Below are positions 11,002 to 20,762 of a stretch of DNA of 64,000 bases, one piece after another. The notes below the pieces were generated by a model that had not been told where the DNA came from, made no database searches, and saw nothing but the letters and a program-made list of their open reading frames with translations. Source of the DNA: Alphaproteobacteria bacterium. Its GTDB lineage: Bacteria > Pseudomonadota > Alphaproteobacteria > JAQWUY01. Each line of letters opens with the position of its first letter. Within the stretch, counting starts at the first letter, position 1. Where the stretch lies: contig JAQWUY010000027.1 in assembly GCA_029250225.1 (NCBI GenBank), forward strand, positions 9,917-73,916, read 5' to 3'. Made by a program: the position numbers and the translations under genes.

Positions 11002-11865
11002 ATGATAAAACCCTATTTTAAATTGATGAAACCTGGAATTATTATGGGCAATCTAGTTTACGGACTAGGTGGGTTTTTTTATGCTAGCCATAGTACAATG
11101 GTGTTGCCTATATTTATTGGCACGATGTTAGGATTAATTTTTATAATAGGTTCAGCTTGTGCATTTAATAATGTATACGATATGGATATTGATTCCTTAA
11201 TGAAACGCACACAAGATAGACCAATGGTAAAAAGGGAAATTAGCAAACAAAAAGCACTTATATTTGCAACATTCCTTGGGGTACTTGGCTTTGCTTGCTT
11301 ATGGTTTTTATCTAGCAAAACTGCTTTTTGGGCTGGTGTATTTGCATTTTTTATGTATGTTGTTGCATATACAATGTGGACAAAAAGACAAAGTGTATGG
11401 GGAACTTTTACGGGTAGTCTATCAGGTGCTGTACCGGTATTAATGGGTTATGTAGCTATAACTGATTCCATTACTACTGAGATAATTTTTATATATGTAA
11501 TGTGTGTAATTTGGCAAATGCCACATTCGTACGGGATTGCAATTTTCCGCCTTGATGACTATAAAAAAGCAGAAATAAATGTTTTACCTGTTGTAAAAGG
11601 TTTGACTACAACAAGAAACTCAATAATGTTTCACATTAGTGCCTTTGTAGCTTTATTATCTATTTTTGGATATATGGGTTATATGCACCCTATTGGATTA
11701 TTATTTATACTATCGCTTAGTTTATATTGGTTATTTGTAGCTGTGTTTTCATTTAAAGAAGAAACACAAGAAAAGTGGGCTAAAAAAATATTCTTCCAGT
11801 CTATTTTTATTGTAGTAGTTCTTAGTTTATGTTTAGGTTTTAATGGGATATTAATAGATTTATAA
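11002..11865 (+). CDS. cyoE: protoheme IX farnesyltransferase (heme O synthase)
   Basis: 287 aa polytopic UbiA-family prenyltransferase with Asp-rich motifs (NNVYDMDIDSLMKRTQDRP). It is the canonical fifth gene of the cyo operon. Confidence 0.85.
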   Translation: MIKPYFKLMKPGIIMGNLVYGLGGFFYASHSTMVLPIFIGTMLGLIFIIGSACAFNNVYDMDIDSLMKRTQDRPMVKREISKQKALIFATFLGVLGFACLWFLSSKTAFWAGVFAFFMYVVAYTMWTKRQSVWGTFTGSLSGAVPVLMGYVAITDSITTEIIFIYVMCVIWQMPHSYGIAIFRLDDYKKAEINVLPVVKGLTTTRNSIMFHISAFVALLSIFGYMGYMHPIGLLFILSLSLYWLFVAVFSFKEETQEKWAKKIFFQSIFIVVVLSLCLGFNGILIDL

Positions 11866-12365
11866 TGTTTAAAAAAATAATTTTATATATTAGTGTAATA
11901 AGTTTTATTCAACCAGTATTTGGCGAGACAAGGCCTCTGATTTCTGATGGTATGCGTGGTTTAACAACAAATGCTTGCGTAGAAATGGTAAAAAAAGTAG
12001 AAACAAAAATGATGAAAAATTTACCAATTCGCACTCACCCTGTTATAAATCAAAGTGATCCTAAAAATAATGTTTTTTCAGCAACAACTATTGTTGATTA
12101 TAAAGGTAACGATAGTCAGGTTAATATATCTGCAATCCCAATTAAAAATTCTTGTAATGTTGTTTATATGGAAACTTTCGTAAGAAGTGAACCTTGTATT
12201 ATCAGCCGTGAAAAAATAATGAAAAAATGGAATTTCGTTGGTAAATTAAATGAAACAATGGTTTTTAATTTTCGCCGTGACGATAAATTTTTTGGATATC
12301 TAACCCCACAAGGATTTAATAGCTCCTGCCTAATATCAAAACGCCGTGTTTTTTATGGTAAATAA
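11865..12365 (+). CDS. hypothetical secreted Cys-containing protein, translationally coupled to cyoE
   Basis: 166 aa. The ATG shares one base with the cyoE stop codon (TAATG). It has a cleavable-looking signal peptide (MFKKIILYISVISFIQPVFG) and six Cys. I recognise no family. Confidence 0.5.
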   Translation: MFKKIILYISVISFIQPVFGETRPLISDGMRGLTTNACVEMVKKVETKMMKNLPIRTHPVINQSDPKNNVFSATTIVDYKGNDSQVNISAIPIKNSCNVVYMETFVRSEPCIISREKIMKKWNFVGKLNETMVFNFRRDDKFFGYLTPQGFNSSCLISKRRVFYGK

Positions 12366-12506
12366 GTGAATAAAACAATTGGTAAATAAGTGAATAAAAC
12401 CGAAGCTAATCAAAGACCTAATATAAATTAGTTTTAAAATTTTAGTAGCAAGGTTTTATGAGCGAAGTTTACAATTGGTAAATAAGTGAATAAAACCGAA
12501 GCTAAT
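12357..12506. repeat. short direct repeats: 36-nt unit ACAATTGGTAAATAAGTGAATAAAACCGAAGCTAAT x2 plus a 20-nt partial copy
   Basis: Identical 36-mers lie at 12375-12410 and 12471-12506. A 20-nt partial copy at 12357-12376 spans the stop codon of the upstream ORF. The repeats sit in the convergent gap between that ORF and fbaA. Confidence 0.8.
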
Positions 12507-12524
12507 TAAATATTTAAAACTAAT

Positions 12525-13595
12525 TTATCTAGCAATAGATTTACCAAAAGAGCCTAAATCCTTAAAGGCTTCGTTTAATCTTTCCACTATACCGGTTTGT
12601 CCGGCACGGAGCCATTTTCTTGGATCATAATATTTTTTCTGTGGTGTTCCTGTTTTTGGGCAAATTTGATGTTTAAATGCTAATTGATTTTCGTTTACAT
12701 ATTTACCGACTTGTTGTGAATTTGCAAATTGAGTATCTGTATCAATATTCATTTTAAATACACCATAAGAAACAGCTTGTTCTATCTTTTGTTTTTCAGA
12801 ACCTGAACCACCGTGGAAAACAAAATCTAATGAATTTTGTTCTAGACCCCTCTCTTTTTGTGCAAGTTCTTGTGAATTTTTAAGAATTTCAGGCCTTAAC
12901 TTTACATTACCTGGTTTGTATACACCGTGAACATTACCAAATGAAGCAGCAATAGAAAAATGACCAATAGAATTTAAACGATCATAAGCTTGTAATACAT
13001 CTTCCGGCTGTGTGTATAGATGTGCATTATCAGCAGAAACATCAATATCAGAACCAATGCCGTCTTCTTCTCCGCCGGTGCAACCTAGTTCAATTTCTAA
13101 GCTCATACCTAATGGAGACATTTGTTTTAACATTTTTTCTGATTCAGATAAATTAAAGTCTAAGTCCTCTTCGCTTAAATCTAACATATGCGAAGAAAAT
13201 AAAGGCTTTCCTGTACATTTTAAAAAATCCTTAGATTCATCAATTAATCCATATAACCAATCTATCAATCCACGATTTGCGTGATCTGTATGCAATGCAA
13301 CACAAATACCATATTGTTTTGAAACTGTGTGCATATATTGTGCAAAAGCTTTTGCACCTTGTATCTTATTTTCAAGAGTATTTTCCAAAGATGAACCACC
13401 AAAAAAATGAGCCCCGCCATTTGAAATTTGAATAATAACATCAGACTTGGCAAGTGCGGCAGCTTCTAGTACAGCAGAGGCAGTCGTCGAATCAACAACA
13501 TTAACCGCAGGCAAGGCATAACCACCCTTTTTACATTTTTTTACTAAGCTAATATAATCATCGCCTGTAACAACACCAGCTGAAATTGAACTCAT
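12525..13595 (-). CDS. fbaA: fructose-bisphosphate aldolase, class II
   Basis: The N-terminal block GVVTGDDYISLVKKCKKGGYALPAVNVVD and the block SNGGAHFFGG are class II FBA/tagatose-bisphosphate aldolase family hallmarks. I take the start as the internal Met at 13595, which is preceded by a GGGGGAAATA Shine-Dalgarno, rather than the upstream ATG at 13637. Confidence 0.85.
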   Translation of the reverse strand: MSSISAGVVTGDDYISLVKKCKKGGYALPAVNVVDSTTASAVLEAAALAKSDVIIQISNGGAHFFGGSSLENTLENKIQGAKAFAQYMHTVSKQYGICVALHTDHANRGLIDWLYGLIDESKDFLKCTGKPLFSSHMLDLSEEDLDFNLSESEKMLKQMSPLGMSLEIELGCTGGEEDGIGSDIDVSADNAHLYTQPEDVLQAYDRLNSIGHFSIAASFGNVHGVYKPGNVKLRPEILKNSQELAQKERGLEQNSLDFVFHGGSGSEKQKIEQAVSYGVFKMNIDTDTQFANSQQVGKYVNENQLAFKHQICPKTGTPQKKYYDPRKWLRAGQTGIVERLNEAFKDLGSFGKSIAR

Positions 13596-13898
13596 TATTT
13601 CCCCCTTGATTAATATGCTAATTTTGTTTAATATCAAAAAAATATTAGATTAGTATAACAAAATACTAATCCCAATTCAAATAAAAATACTCCCAAGAAA
13701 ATACAACCGAAACAACCTATAAGTGTATTTACTTATGTAGCACTACCTAAAATATACCTAAGGTATTGTTTTATAAAGGTTTTTTGTTTTTTTATACTTG
13801 ATTTTATGTTAACAATAGCCTTAATATTAACCCTTACAAAGTATTGTATTAAATTATTGAAGTATTATATTAAACCATTAAATGAATTGTGAGAAAAA

Positions 13899-14354
13899 AT
13901 GAAAAAAGAAGATAGTATTAGAAAGAATATTTTATCTAGTAGAACAGGAATACCAAATCCGGTTGACATACACGTAGGTAAAAGATTAAAACAACGCCGT
14001 ATATTACTAGGTCTGAGTCAAACTCAGATGGCTGATATGTTAGGAATTTCATTTCAGCAAATACAAAAATATGAAAAAGGTACAAATAGAATATCAGCAT
14101 CAAGATTAGTTGATTTATCTAATGTTTTGGATGTGAATATTACATATTTCTTTAATGAAATACCTACAAATGTATTAAAACAATCTCCTAGATTAATGAC
14201 AAGCTTGAACGAAGAGCCGTCAAATGAGATTAAAGATAATCCTATGACAAAGCGTGAAACATTAACTCTCGTTCGTAATTATTATAAAATAACTGACGAA
14301 AAGAAACGCCGTAGTATAATCACACTTTGCAAAGCTTTAGCAGAAAAAAATTAA
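13899..14354 (+). CDS. XRE-family helix-turn-helix transcriptional regulator
   Basis: 151 aa. The HTH_XRE core (LGLSQTQMADMLGISFQQIQKYEKGTNRISASRL) resembles the small conserved alphaproteobacterial Cro/CI-type regulators. Confidence 0.75.
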   Translation: MKKEDSIRKNILSSRTGIPNPVDIHVGKRLKQRRILLGLSQTQMADMLGISFQQIQKYEKGTNRISASRLVDLSNVLDVNITYFFNEIPTNVLKQSPRLMTSLNEEPSNEIKDNPMTKRETLTLVRNYYKITDEKKRRSIITLCKALAEKN

Positions 14355-14453
14355 TAAATAGTTGACAAGTGGGTAAGAATCTAGCATAAATGCCTATAAT
14401 TATTTGTTAATGCATTTATTTGATGCATTCATTGTATTGGAAGGATAAACAAA

Positions 14454-14735
14454 ATGGCTCGTCGTTGTGAAATTACTGGTAAAGGTGTAATGAGTGGGAA
14501 CAATGTATCACACGCTGTAAACCGAACTCGTCGTCGTTTCTTACCGAATCTACAAAATAACACTTTGCAATCTGATATTCTAGGTGAAGGCGTTCGTTTG
14601 AAATTATCTACGAAAGCAATTCGCACTATTGATTTCAAAGGTGGCCTAGATTCTTTCTTGCTTGCAACTCCAAATCGTAAACTTACAGATGAAGCAGTAA
14701 AAGTTAAAAAAAGAATTCTAAAAAAACAAAAATAA
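14454..14735 (+). CDS. rpmB: 50S ribosomal protein L28
   Basis: 93 aa. [21 protein letters not shown]...RRRFLPNLQ is a near-canonical L28 N-terminus. A good Shine-Dalgarno (GGAAGGA) lies upstream. Confidence 0.9.
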   Translation: MARRCEITGKGVMSGNNVSHAVNRTRRRFLPNLQNNTLQSDILGEGVRLKLSTKAIRTIDFKGGLDSFLLATPNRKLTDEAVKVKKRILKKQK

Positions 14736-14765
14736 TTTTATAAATTATTTTTACATAGATAATAA

Positions 14766-14798
14766 ACCTCACTAATTTAAAATATTAGTGGGGTTTTT
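14766..14798 (+). terminator. rho-independent terminator after rpmB
   Basis: A 10-bp stem CCTCACTAAT / ATTAGTGGGG with loop TTAAAAT is followed by TTTTTT. Confidence 0.7.
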
Positions 14799-14951
14799 TA
14801 TTTATATTTTAATGTTCATTAATTTTACCTTATTTATTTTTTATGATACAAATGAATAATTATATTAACAATAAAGATTCATAATAATTGCAATAAGTCT
14901 TATTAAAAATGGGGGAGTCTTTAATTATAAATTATGGGATAATCAATCTAA

Positions 14952-16415
14952 ATGACAAAAAAAATAATGTTTCAAGGAACTGGTTCTGATGTAGGAAAAT
15001 CGATGGTAGTAGCTGGATTTTGTCGTGCATTAAAAAAACAAAATATGTCACCGGCTCCATTTAAACCGCAAAATATGTCAAATAATGCTGGGATAACTAT
15101 TGATGGTGGTGAAATTGGTAGAGCGCAAATATTACAAGCTAGAGCCTGTAACATTGAACCGCATACAGATATGAATCCTGTTTTATTAAAACCGCAATCA
15201 AATATGGGTTCGCAAGTTGTTGTTCAGGGAAAAGTATTACAAAATTGCAAAAGTGAATATTTTCGTAAATTAAAACCAAAGTTTATGCAAGCAGTTCTGG
15301 AAAGTTTTAACAGATTAACAGATTCATACGACATTGTCGTTGTAGAGGGAGCCGGATCACCAGCAGAAATCAATTTACGAGAAGGTGATATTGCAAATAT
15401 GGGATTTGCCACAGAAACCAACACCCCTGTAATATTAGTTGTTGATGTGGATAGAGGCGGTTCTATTGCTAGTGTCGTTGGTACATATAACCTGTTACCG
15501 GAAAATGAAAAAAAATTGATTGTTGGATATATTATAAATAAATTCCGCGGGGATATATCATTGTATAAAGGAGCAATTGATGAAATAACAAATCGTACAA
15601 ATTTAAAATGTTTTGGTATTTTGCCGTGGTTTGAACAAGCAAAACTTTTACCTGCCGAAGATGGATTGGGCCTAGATAACCTAAAACATCAAAACATTAA
15701 AGCAAATTTTAAAATATGTGTCCTTCGCACACCGCGAATTTCTAACTTTGATGACCTTGATCCGTTATTTCAAACAGAAAATATAACCGTTCAGGTCATA
15801 GAAAATGGCCAAGCTTTACCCATTGATTGTGATATGATTTTGTTAGTTGGTAGTAAATCAACAATATCTGATTTAAAATATATTAAAGATTGCGGATGGC
15901 AGAATGATATAATATCTCATTATCGCCGTGGTGGTTTTGTAATGGGAATATGTGGTGGTTATCAAATGCTTGGTAAAAAACTTAGCGACCCTAAAAATTA
16001 TGAAAGCAATATTAAATCAATTGATGGAATAGGATTATTGGATTGTGAAACAACAATGTCTGATAATAAAAACCTAAGCCCATATGTTGGCATTGATACT
16101 ATAACTGGTACAAAATTTAATGGTTATGAAATGCATGTGGGTATTACGACTGGTAATGATACTAATAATCCATTTTCAATAGATATTAATAATAAAAAAG
16201 ACGGAGCAATTTCTGGATGCGGGAAAGTATTTGGTTCGTATGTACATTCAATTTTTAATGATGATGATTTTCGTCAAAACTTTTTAAAAAAAATTACTGG
16301 TTTTGAAATAGAGAAGCAAAGTTATAATAAAAATGTTGAAACAACCCTAGATGAACTTGCCTGCCATATTGAAAAATATATCGATATAGATGAAATATTA
16401 AAAATAAGTTATTAA
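14952..16415 (+). CDS. cobQ: cobyric acid synthase
   Basis: 487 aa. The N-terminal CobQ/CbiP P-loop-like region (MFQGTGSDVGKSMVVAGFCRAL...PFKPQNMSNNAGIT) is followed by a C-terminal glutamine amidotransferase domain (GICGGYQMLG). Confidence 0.85.
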   Translation: MTKKIMFQGTGSDVGKSMVVAGFCRALKKQNMSPAPFKPQNMSNNAGITIDGGEIGRAQILQARACNIEPHTDMNPVLLKPQSNMGSQVVVQGKVLQNCKSEYFRKLKPKFMQAVLESFNRLTDSYDIVVVEGAGSPAEINLREGDIANMGFATETNTPVILVVDVDRGGSIASVVGTYNLLPENEKKLIVGYIINKFRGDISLYKGAIDEITNRTNLKCFGILPWFEQAKLLPAEDGLGLDNLKHQNIKANFKICVLRTPRISNFDDLDPLFQTENITVQVIENGQALPIDCDMILLVGSKSTISDLKYIKDCGWQNDIISHYRRGGFVMGICGGYQMLGKKLSDPKNYESNIKSIDGIGLLDCETTMSDNKNLSPYVGIDTITGTKFNGYEMHVGITTGNDTNNPFSIDINNKKDGAISGCGKVFGSYVHSIFNDDDFRQNFLKKITGFEIEKQSYNKNVETTLDELACHIEKYIDIDEILKISY

Positions 16416-17366
16416 ATATAAACCTGTTGAAATTAAAAATAAGAAAGCAATAAATATTGTCCAATTAAACAATCCTAATGCATTATAAATTATTTCAGGG
16501 CTGATATTTTTATTACCATCACCGATCCAATGATTTACGCAACCTATGCTCTTGTAAGTTCTAACTCCACCAATTCGGATTTTTAATGCTCCGGCGAAGG
16601 CACTTTCTGGATAGCCGGCATTTGGGCTAATGTGTGTGTTAGCATATTTACGAATTACGCCTAACATTCCCATAGTTGATGATTTAGAGTGAAAAAATGA
16701 AGCAATTACTATGATAACCATACTTATACGAGCTGGTATATAATTTGCCACATCGTCCAACTTAGCAGATACAAACCCGAATTTTTTATATTTATCTGAT
16801 TTATAACCAACCATTGAATCCAAGGTATTAATAGCTTTATAGGCGAACAATCCTGTTAAGCCGAAGAAACTATAAAATAAAACTGGGGCTATTACTCCAT
16901 CGCTTAAATTTTCAGCTAAGCTTTCAATGGCGGTCGAAGCACATTGATTATAATTCATTTTATTAGTATCTCGTGAACATAAATGTGAAGTATAGAATCT
17001 AGATTTTTTAATATTTTTTTTATCAATATTAATCATAATTTTTTTAACTGCATTTTTTAAGGCAAACGAAGCAAGTGAAATTATTAATATAATTAAGCTT
17101 ATAATCACGCCGTAATCTGTATAGTTAAAAATAATATATTCTATTAATAGCCCGATACTTGCCCAAATAGATACAATTAAAATCCACATAATTAATCCTC
17201 GGAAAAAAGATTTTTTGTAAAGTATTTTTTCAAACATAGAAATTAAATTACCTAGTATTACCACGGGGTGTTTTAAATATTTCCAGACAAAAGAAAAATC
17301 AGGAATAAAAGAATCAAGTAACAATGCAACAGCACCAATTATTAAATATAAATTAATATCTATCAT
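16398..17366 (-). CDS. cbiB: adenosylcobinamide-phosphate synthase
   Basis: 322 aa membrane protein with strongly conserved CbiB/CobD blocks (DGVIAPVLFYSFFGLTGLFAYKAINTLDSMVGYKSDKYKKFGFVSAKLDDVANYIPAR). Its 3' end overlaps the cobQ 3' end by 18 nt (convergent). Confidence 0.85.
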   Translation of the reverse strand: MIDINLYLIIGAVALLLDSFIPDFSFVWKYLKHPVVILGNLISMFEKILYKKSFFRGLIMWILIVSIWASIGLLIEYIIFNYTDYGVIISLIILIISLASFALKNAVKKIMINIDKKNIKKSRFYTSHLCSRDTNKMNYNQCASTAIESLAENLSDGVIAPVLFYSFFGLTGLFAYKAINTLDSMVGYKSDKYKKFGFVSAKLDDVANYIPARISMVIIVIASFFHSKSSTMGMLGVIRKYANTHISPNAGYPESAFAGALKIRIGGVRTYKSIGCVNHWIGDGNKNISPEIIYNALGLFNWTIFIAFLFLISTGLYLITYF

Positions 17367-17427
17367 AACATTTGCTAATATATAAAAATTTAATATTCTT
17401 TACAAATATAATGTTTGATTATAAATT

Positions 17428-18156
17428 ATGAAAATGAAAAAAAATATAATTATTATACCTTCTAGATTACAAGCAACTAGATTCCCCAATAAACCTCTTG
17501 TTGATATTAATGGCTTGCCAATGATTGTAATGGTTGCAAAACAGGCGGAAAAAGCAAATATAGGTGAAGTAGTTGTTGCCTGTGGTGATGTTGAAATTTT
17601 TGATGTTGTAAAGCAACACGGTATAAATGCAATAATGACTGATAATGATTTGCCAAGTGGTTCAGACCGTATTTATCAAGCATTAACAAAACTAGAAGAA
17701 AAATTTGATAATATTATAAATGTACAAGGTGATGTACCAACAATTAATCCTGAAACCATCAAAATTGTAGCAAATGCACTAAATCAAGATGATAAAGTTG
17801 CCGTTTCAACAGCCTGTGCAAAAATAACTGACAAATCAGAAATTAATAACCCTAATGTGGTGAAGTGCTATGCTGATTTTAGTAATGGCAAGATTGCCCA
17901 AGCTACTGATTTTAATCGCGAGGCAATAGGAAATGAACCTTTTTATCATCATATCGGGATTTATGGTTATAAATCACACGGACTTGAACAATTTATTAAT
18001 TTAAAGCCTAGTAAAAATGAAATAAAGCGCAAACTCGAACAAATGCGATTAATAGATAATGGGTTGATTATTAATGCTTGTTTAGTAGATGAGATCCCCA
18101 TCGGCATTGACATTGCGCAGGACTTAGAAAAACTACTAGATAATTTTAAAAAATAG
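17428..18156 (+). CDS. kdsB: 3-deoxy-manno-octulosonate cytidylyltransferase (CMP-Kdo synthetase)
   Basis: 242 aa. The N-terminus IIIPSRLQATRFPNKPLVDINGLPMIVMV is the KdsB/CTP-transferase-3 signature. Confidence 0.8.
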   Translation: MKMKKNIIIIPSRLQATRFPNKPLVDINGLPMIVMVAKQAEKANIGEVVVACGDVEIFDVVKQHGINAIMTDNDLPSGSDRIYQALTKLEEKFDNIINVQGDVPTINPETIKIVANALNQDDKVAVSTACAKITDKSEINNPNVVKCYADFSNGKIAQATDFNREAIGNEPFYHHIGIYGYKSHGLEQFINLKPSKNEIKRKLEQMRLIDNGLIINACLVDEIPIGIDIAQDLEKLLDNFKK

Positions 18157-18219
18157 AATTATAATACATTTGAACTGGGAGTAAGAATTAATATAAGAAA
18201 GGGTTTTTGGTGAGATAAA

Positions 18220-18687
18220 ATGGTAAATACAAATTTTTTAGTATTGGTCGATGATAGCGAAGAAATGCTAGTTGCCTTAAAATTTGCTTGCCTTAGAGCA
18301 AATTCAATTGGTGGAAAGGTAACACTTGCGCATATAGTTGAACCATCAAGTGGTGGTGAAAATTGGCTTTCAATTTCATCTATTGCTCAGGAAGAAGGCT
18401 TAAAAGATGCAAAATCTTTATTAAAACAACATGTTGAAAATGTTGAAAAAATTACTGGAATAACGCCGGATACAATTATTCGCAAAGGCACAGTAGTAGA
18501 AGAATTTATAAATATGATAAACGAAGAAAAAACAATTTCTATTGCTGTATTAGCTGCAAATGCAAATTCATCTAATCCGGGGCCTGTAATTAACTCCTTG
18601 ATGAGCAAAGGAATTGGTTCATTCCACGTACCTATCACAATAGTACCAGGTTCTATAACTGATTCTGAATTGGAATCTATTGCTTAA
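18220..18687 (+). CDS. universal stress protein (UspA-fold) family protein
   Basis: 155 aa. The VLVDDSEE...ALKFA N-terminus and overall pattern are UspA-like; this is a weak assignment. Confidence 0.45.
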   Translation: MVNTNFLVLVDDSEEMLVALKFACLRANSIGGKVTLAHIVEPSSGGENWLSISSIAQEEGLKDAKSLLKQHVENVEKITGITPDTIIRKGTVVEEFINMINEEKTISIAVLAANANSSNPGPVINSLMSKGIGSFHVPITIVPGSITDSELESIA

Positions 18688-18693
18688 ACCTAA

Positions 18694-20760
18694 TTATTTT
18701 TGATTAGATAAAACGATAAACGCGTATTCTTCGGCTAATTCTTTTAATGCATCCCATCTACCAGTTGCACCGCTATGCCCTGCGCCCATTTGTGTTCTAA
18801 GGACAAGCATTGTGTCATCATTGGTCTTATTCTTCCTTAACTTAGCAACCCATTTTGCCGGTTCCCAATATGTAACCCTAGGGTCTGTTAAGCCCGCCTG
18901 CACATAGATATGCGGATATGATTGTGAGCTAACATTATCATATGGTGAATATTCTTGCATATATTTATAAACTTCCTCGCTTTGTAATGGATTACCCCAT
19001 TCATTCCATTCAGGTGGAGTTAAAGGTAATGTATCATCGCAAATAGTATTTAAAACATCGACAAAAGGCACTAATGCCAACACAGATTTAAACATATCGG
19101 GGCGCATATTAATAACTGCCCCCATTAACATACCGCCGGCTGAACCGCCCATTGCTGTAATATTGCCCATACCTGTAAATCCTTGGTTGATTAGCTCATT
19201 TCCACAAGCGATAAAATCAGTAAAGGTATTTTTTTTATTCATAAGTTTACCTTGTGTATACCAATTATAACCACAATCCATACCGCCACGAATATGTGCT
19301 ACTGCCCATACAAAACCTCTGTCTAATAAGCTTAATCTGCTTGTTGAAAAAGATGCAGGCATAGAATTACCATAGCTACCATAACCGTATAATACACAAG
19401 GTGTATTTTCATCTAGTTTAGTAGTTTTTTTATAAACTAATGTAATGGGAATTTTCGCCCCATCATCAGCAGTTGCATATATTCGCCTGCATTCATAATT
19501 TTTAGGTTCGTGTCCACACGGTATAATTTGTCTTTTACTTAAAGTTCTTATTCCTGTGTCCATATCGTAATCATATGTTTCATTTTGTGTTGTTGGTGAT
19601 GAATATGAAAAACGCATTATATTATGTTCAAATTCCAAGGCACCGGTTAAGCCTAATGAATATGCTTGTTCATCAAATTCAACAACTTTATCAGTAGCAC
19701 TATCAAAGTGATGGATTACAATTCTAGGAAGTGCATTTTCTTTTTCAATTCTTAACATATAATCTTTTGAAACAGAAATACCTGAAATTAAAACCCCTTC
19801 TTTATAAGGAATAAAATCAATCCAATTCTCAACACCTAATTTATTAATTGATGTTTTCATTACTTTATAATCAATTGCTCCATCGACATTTGTTGTTATA
19901 TAAAAGTAATCACCTCTGTGGGATAAAGAATATTCAACCCCAGATTTTCTTGGCTGTACGATTTCAAATTCACCTAATGGATTATCAGATTTTAAAAAAT
20001 ACATCTCGCTAGTAATATGGTCATATGCAGAAATATAAATATATTCTTTTGAACCACTCATACTAACACCAATAAAAAATCTTTCATCTTTTTCATTATA
20101 AATTAGTTCATCTTCACTTTGTTTTGTTCCAATTTTATGACGCCATATTTTATCAGTTCTATGATTTTCGTTTAATGTTCCATAAAACACATAATTATCA
20201 CATTTAGACCATACTAATGAACCAGAAGTATTTTCTAAGACATCTGTTAATTCTGTATTATCATCAACATTTTTGAATCTTATTGTGTAATACTCTGAAC
20301 CTTTTAAATCTAGTCCATAAGCAAAAATATTTTGCTGATTATTACAACATATACCGCCTATGGAAAAATAATCAAATCCTGTTGCCATATCGTTAAAATT
20401 AAATAATATCTGTTCCGTTTTATCACCTTTTTTATTACGACAAGAAACTGGATATTGAGCGCCTATTTCAAACCTAGTATAGTATTCATAATCACCATCG
20501 GGGTGGGGTAAAGACTGGTCGTCTTCTTTGATACGCGATTTAAATTCTGCAAATAATGTTTTTTGTAAATCAGAAGTTTTTTTCATTATGCTATCTGTAT
20601 ATTTATTTTCTGCAACGATATAATCCCTAATATCAGTTGGTAATTTTTCAGGTTTAGTCATTACCTCTTGCCAATTATCAGCCCTTAGCCAATTATAAGG
20701 ATCATTTTTTTTACTAGATGAAATAGAATCTATTTGCTTTGCAATTGGTGGTTTTATCAT
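18694..20760 (-). CDS. ptrB: S9-family serine peptidase, oligopeptidase B (protease II)-like
   Basis: 688 aa. An N-terminal beta-propeller region is followed by a C-terminal alpha/beta hydrolase domain with the catalytic serine in the GGSAGGMLMG motif. Confidence 0.8.
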   Translation of the reverse strand: MIKPPIAKQIDSISSSKKNDPYNWLRADNWQEVMTKPEKLPTDIRDYIVAENKYTDSIMKKTSDLQKTLFAEFKSRIKEDDQSLPHPDGDYEYYTRFEIGAQYPVSCRNKKGDKTEQILFNFNDMATGFDYFSIGGICCNNQQNIFAYGLDLKGSEYYTIRFKNVDDNTELTDVLENTSGSLVWSKCDNYVFYGTLNENHRTDKIWRHKIGTKQSEDELIYNEKDERFFIGVSMSGSKEYIYISAYDHITSEMYFLKSDNPLGEFEIVQPRKSGVEYSLSHRGDYFYITTNVDGAIDYKVMKTSINKLGVENWIDFIPYKEGVLISGISVSKDYMLRIEKENALPRIVIHHFDSATDKVVEFDEQAYSLGLTGALEFEHNIMRFSYSSPTTQNETYDYDMDTGIRTLSKRQIIPCGHEPKNYECRRIYATADDGAKIPITLVYKKTTKLDENTPCVLYGYGSYGNSMPASFSTSRLSLLDRGFVWAVAHIRGGMDCGYNWYTQGKLMNKKNTFTDFIACGNELINQGFTGMGNITAMGGSAGGMLMGAVINMRPDMFKSVLALVPFVDVLNTICDDTLPLTPPEWNEWGNPLQSEEVYKYMQEYSPYDNVSSQSYPHIYVQAGLTDPRVTYWEPAKWVAKLRKNKTNDDTMLVLRTQMGAGHSGATGRWDALKELAEEYAFIVLSNQK

Positions 20761-20762
20761 TT

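Noticed and set aside
12357-12506. Direct repeats considered as a possible minimal CRISPR array
   Set aside because: There are only 2.5 copies, and the spacing is irregular (0 nt then 60 nt). The first copy overlaps a stop codon, and no cas genes lie anywhere in the window. I interpret it as a local duplication or terminator-region repeat.
14362-14390. Possible sigma-70 promoter TTGACA-N17-CATAAA upstream of rpmB and palindromic AATGCATT pair at 14408-14432
   Set aside because: The -10 match is weak, and such hexamers arise frequently by chance in 25-30% GC intergenic DNA. I cannot support it beyond noting it.
14799-14951. Looked for a cobalamin riboswitch upstream of cobQ (and at 48787-48832 upstream of cobA)
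   Set aside because: The leaders are short and almost pure A/T. They have no GC-rich multi-stem structure and no B12-box-like element, so no riboswitch can be supported from sequence.
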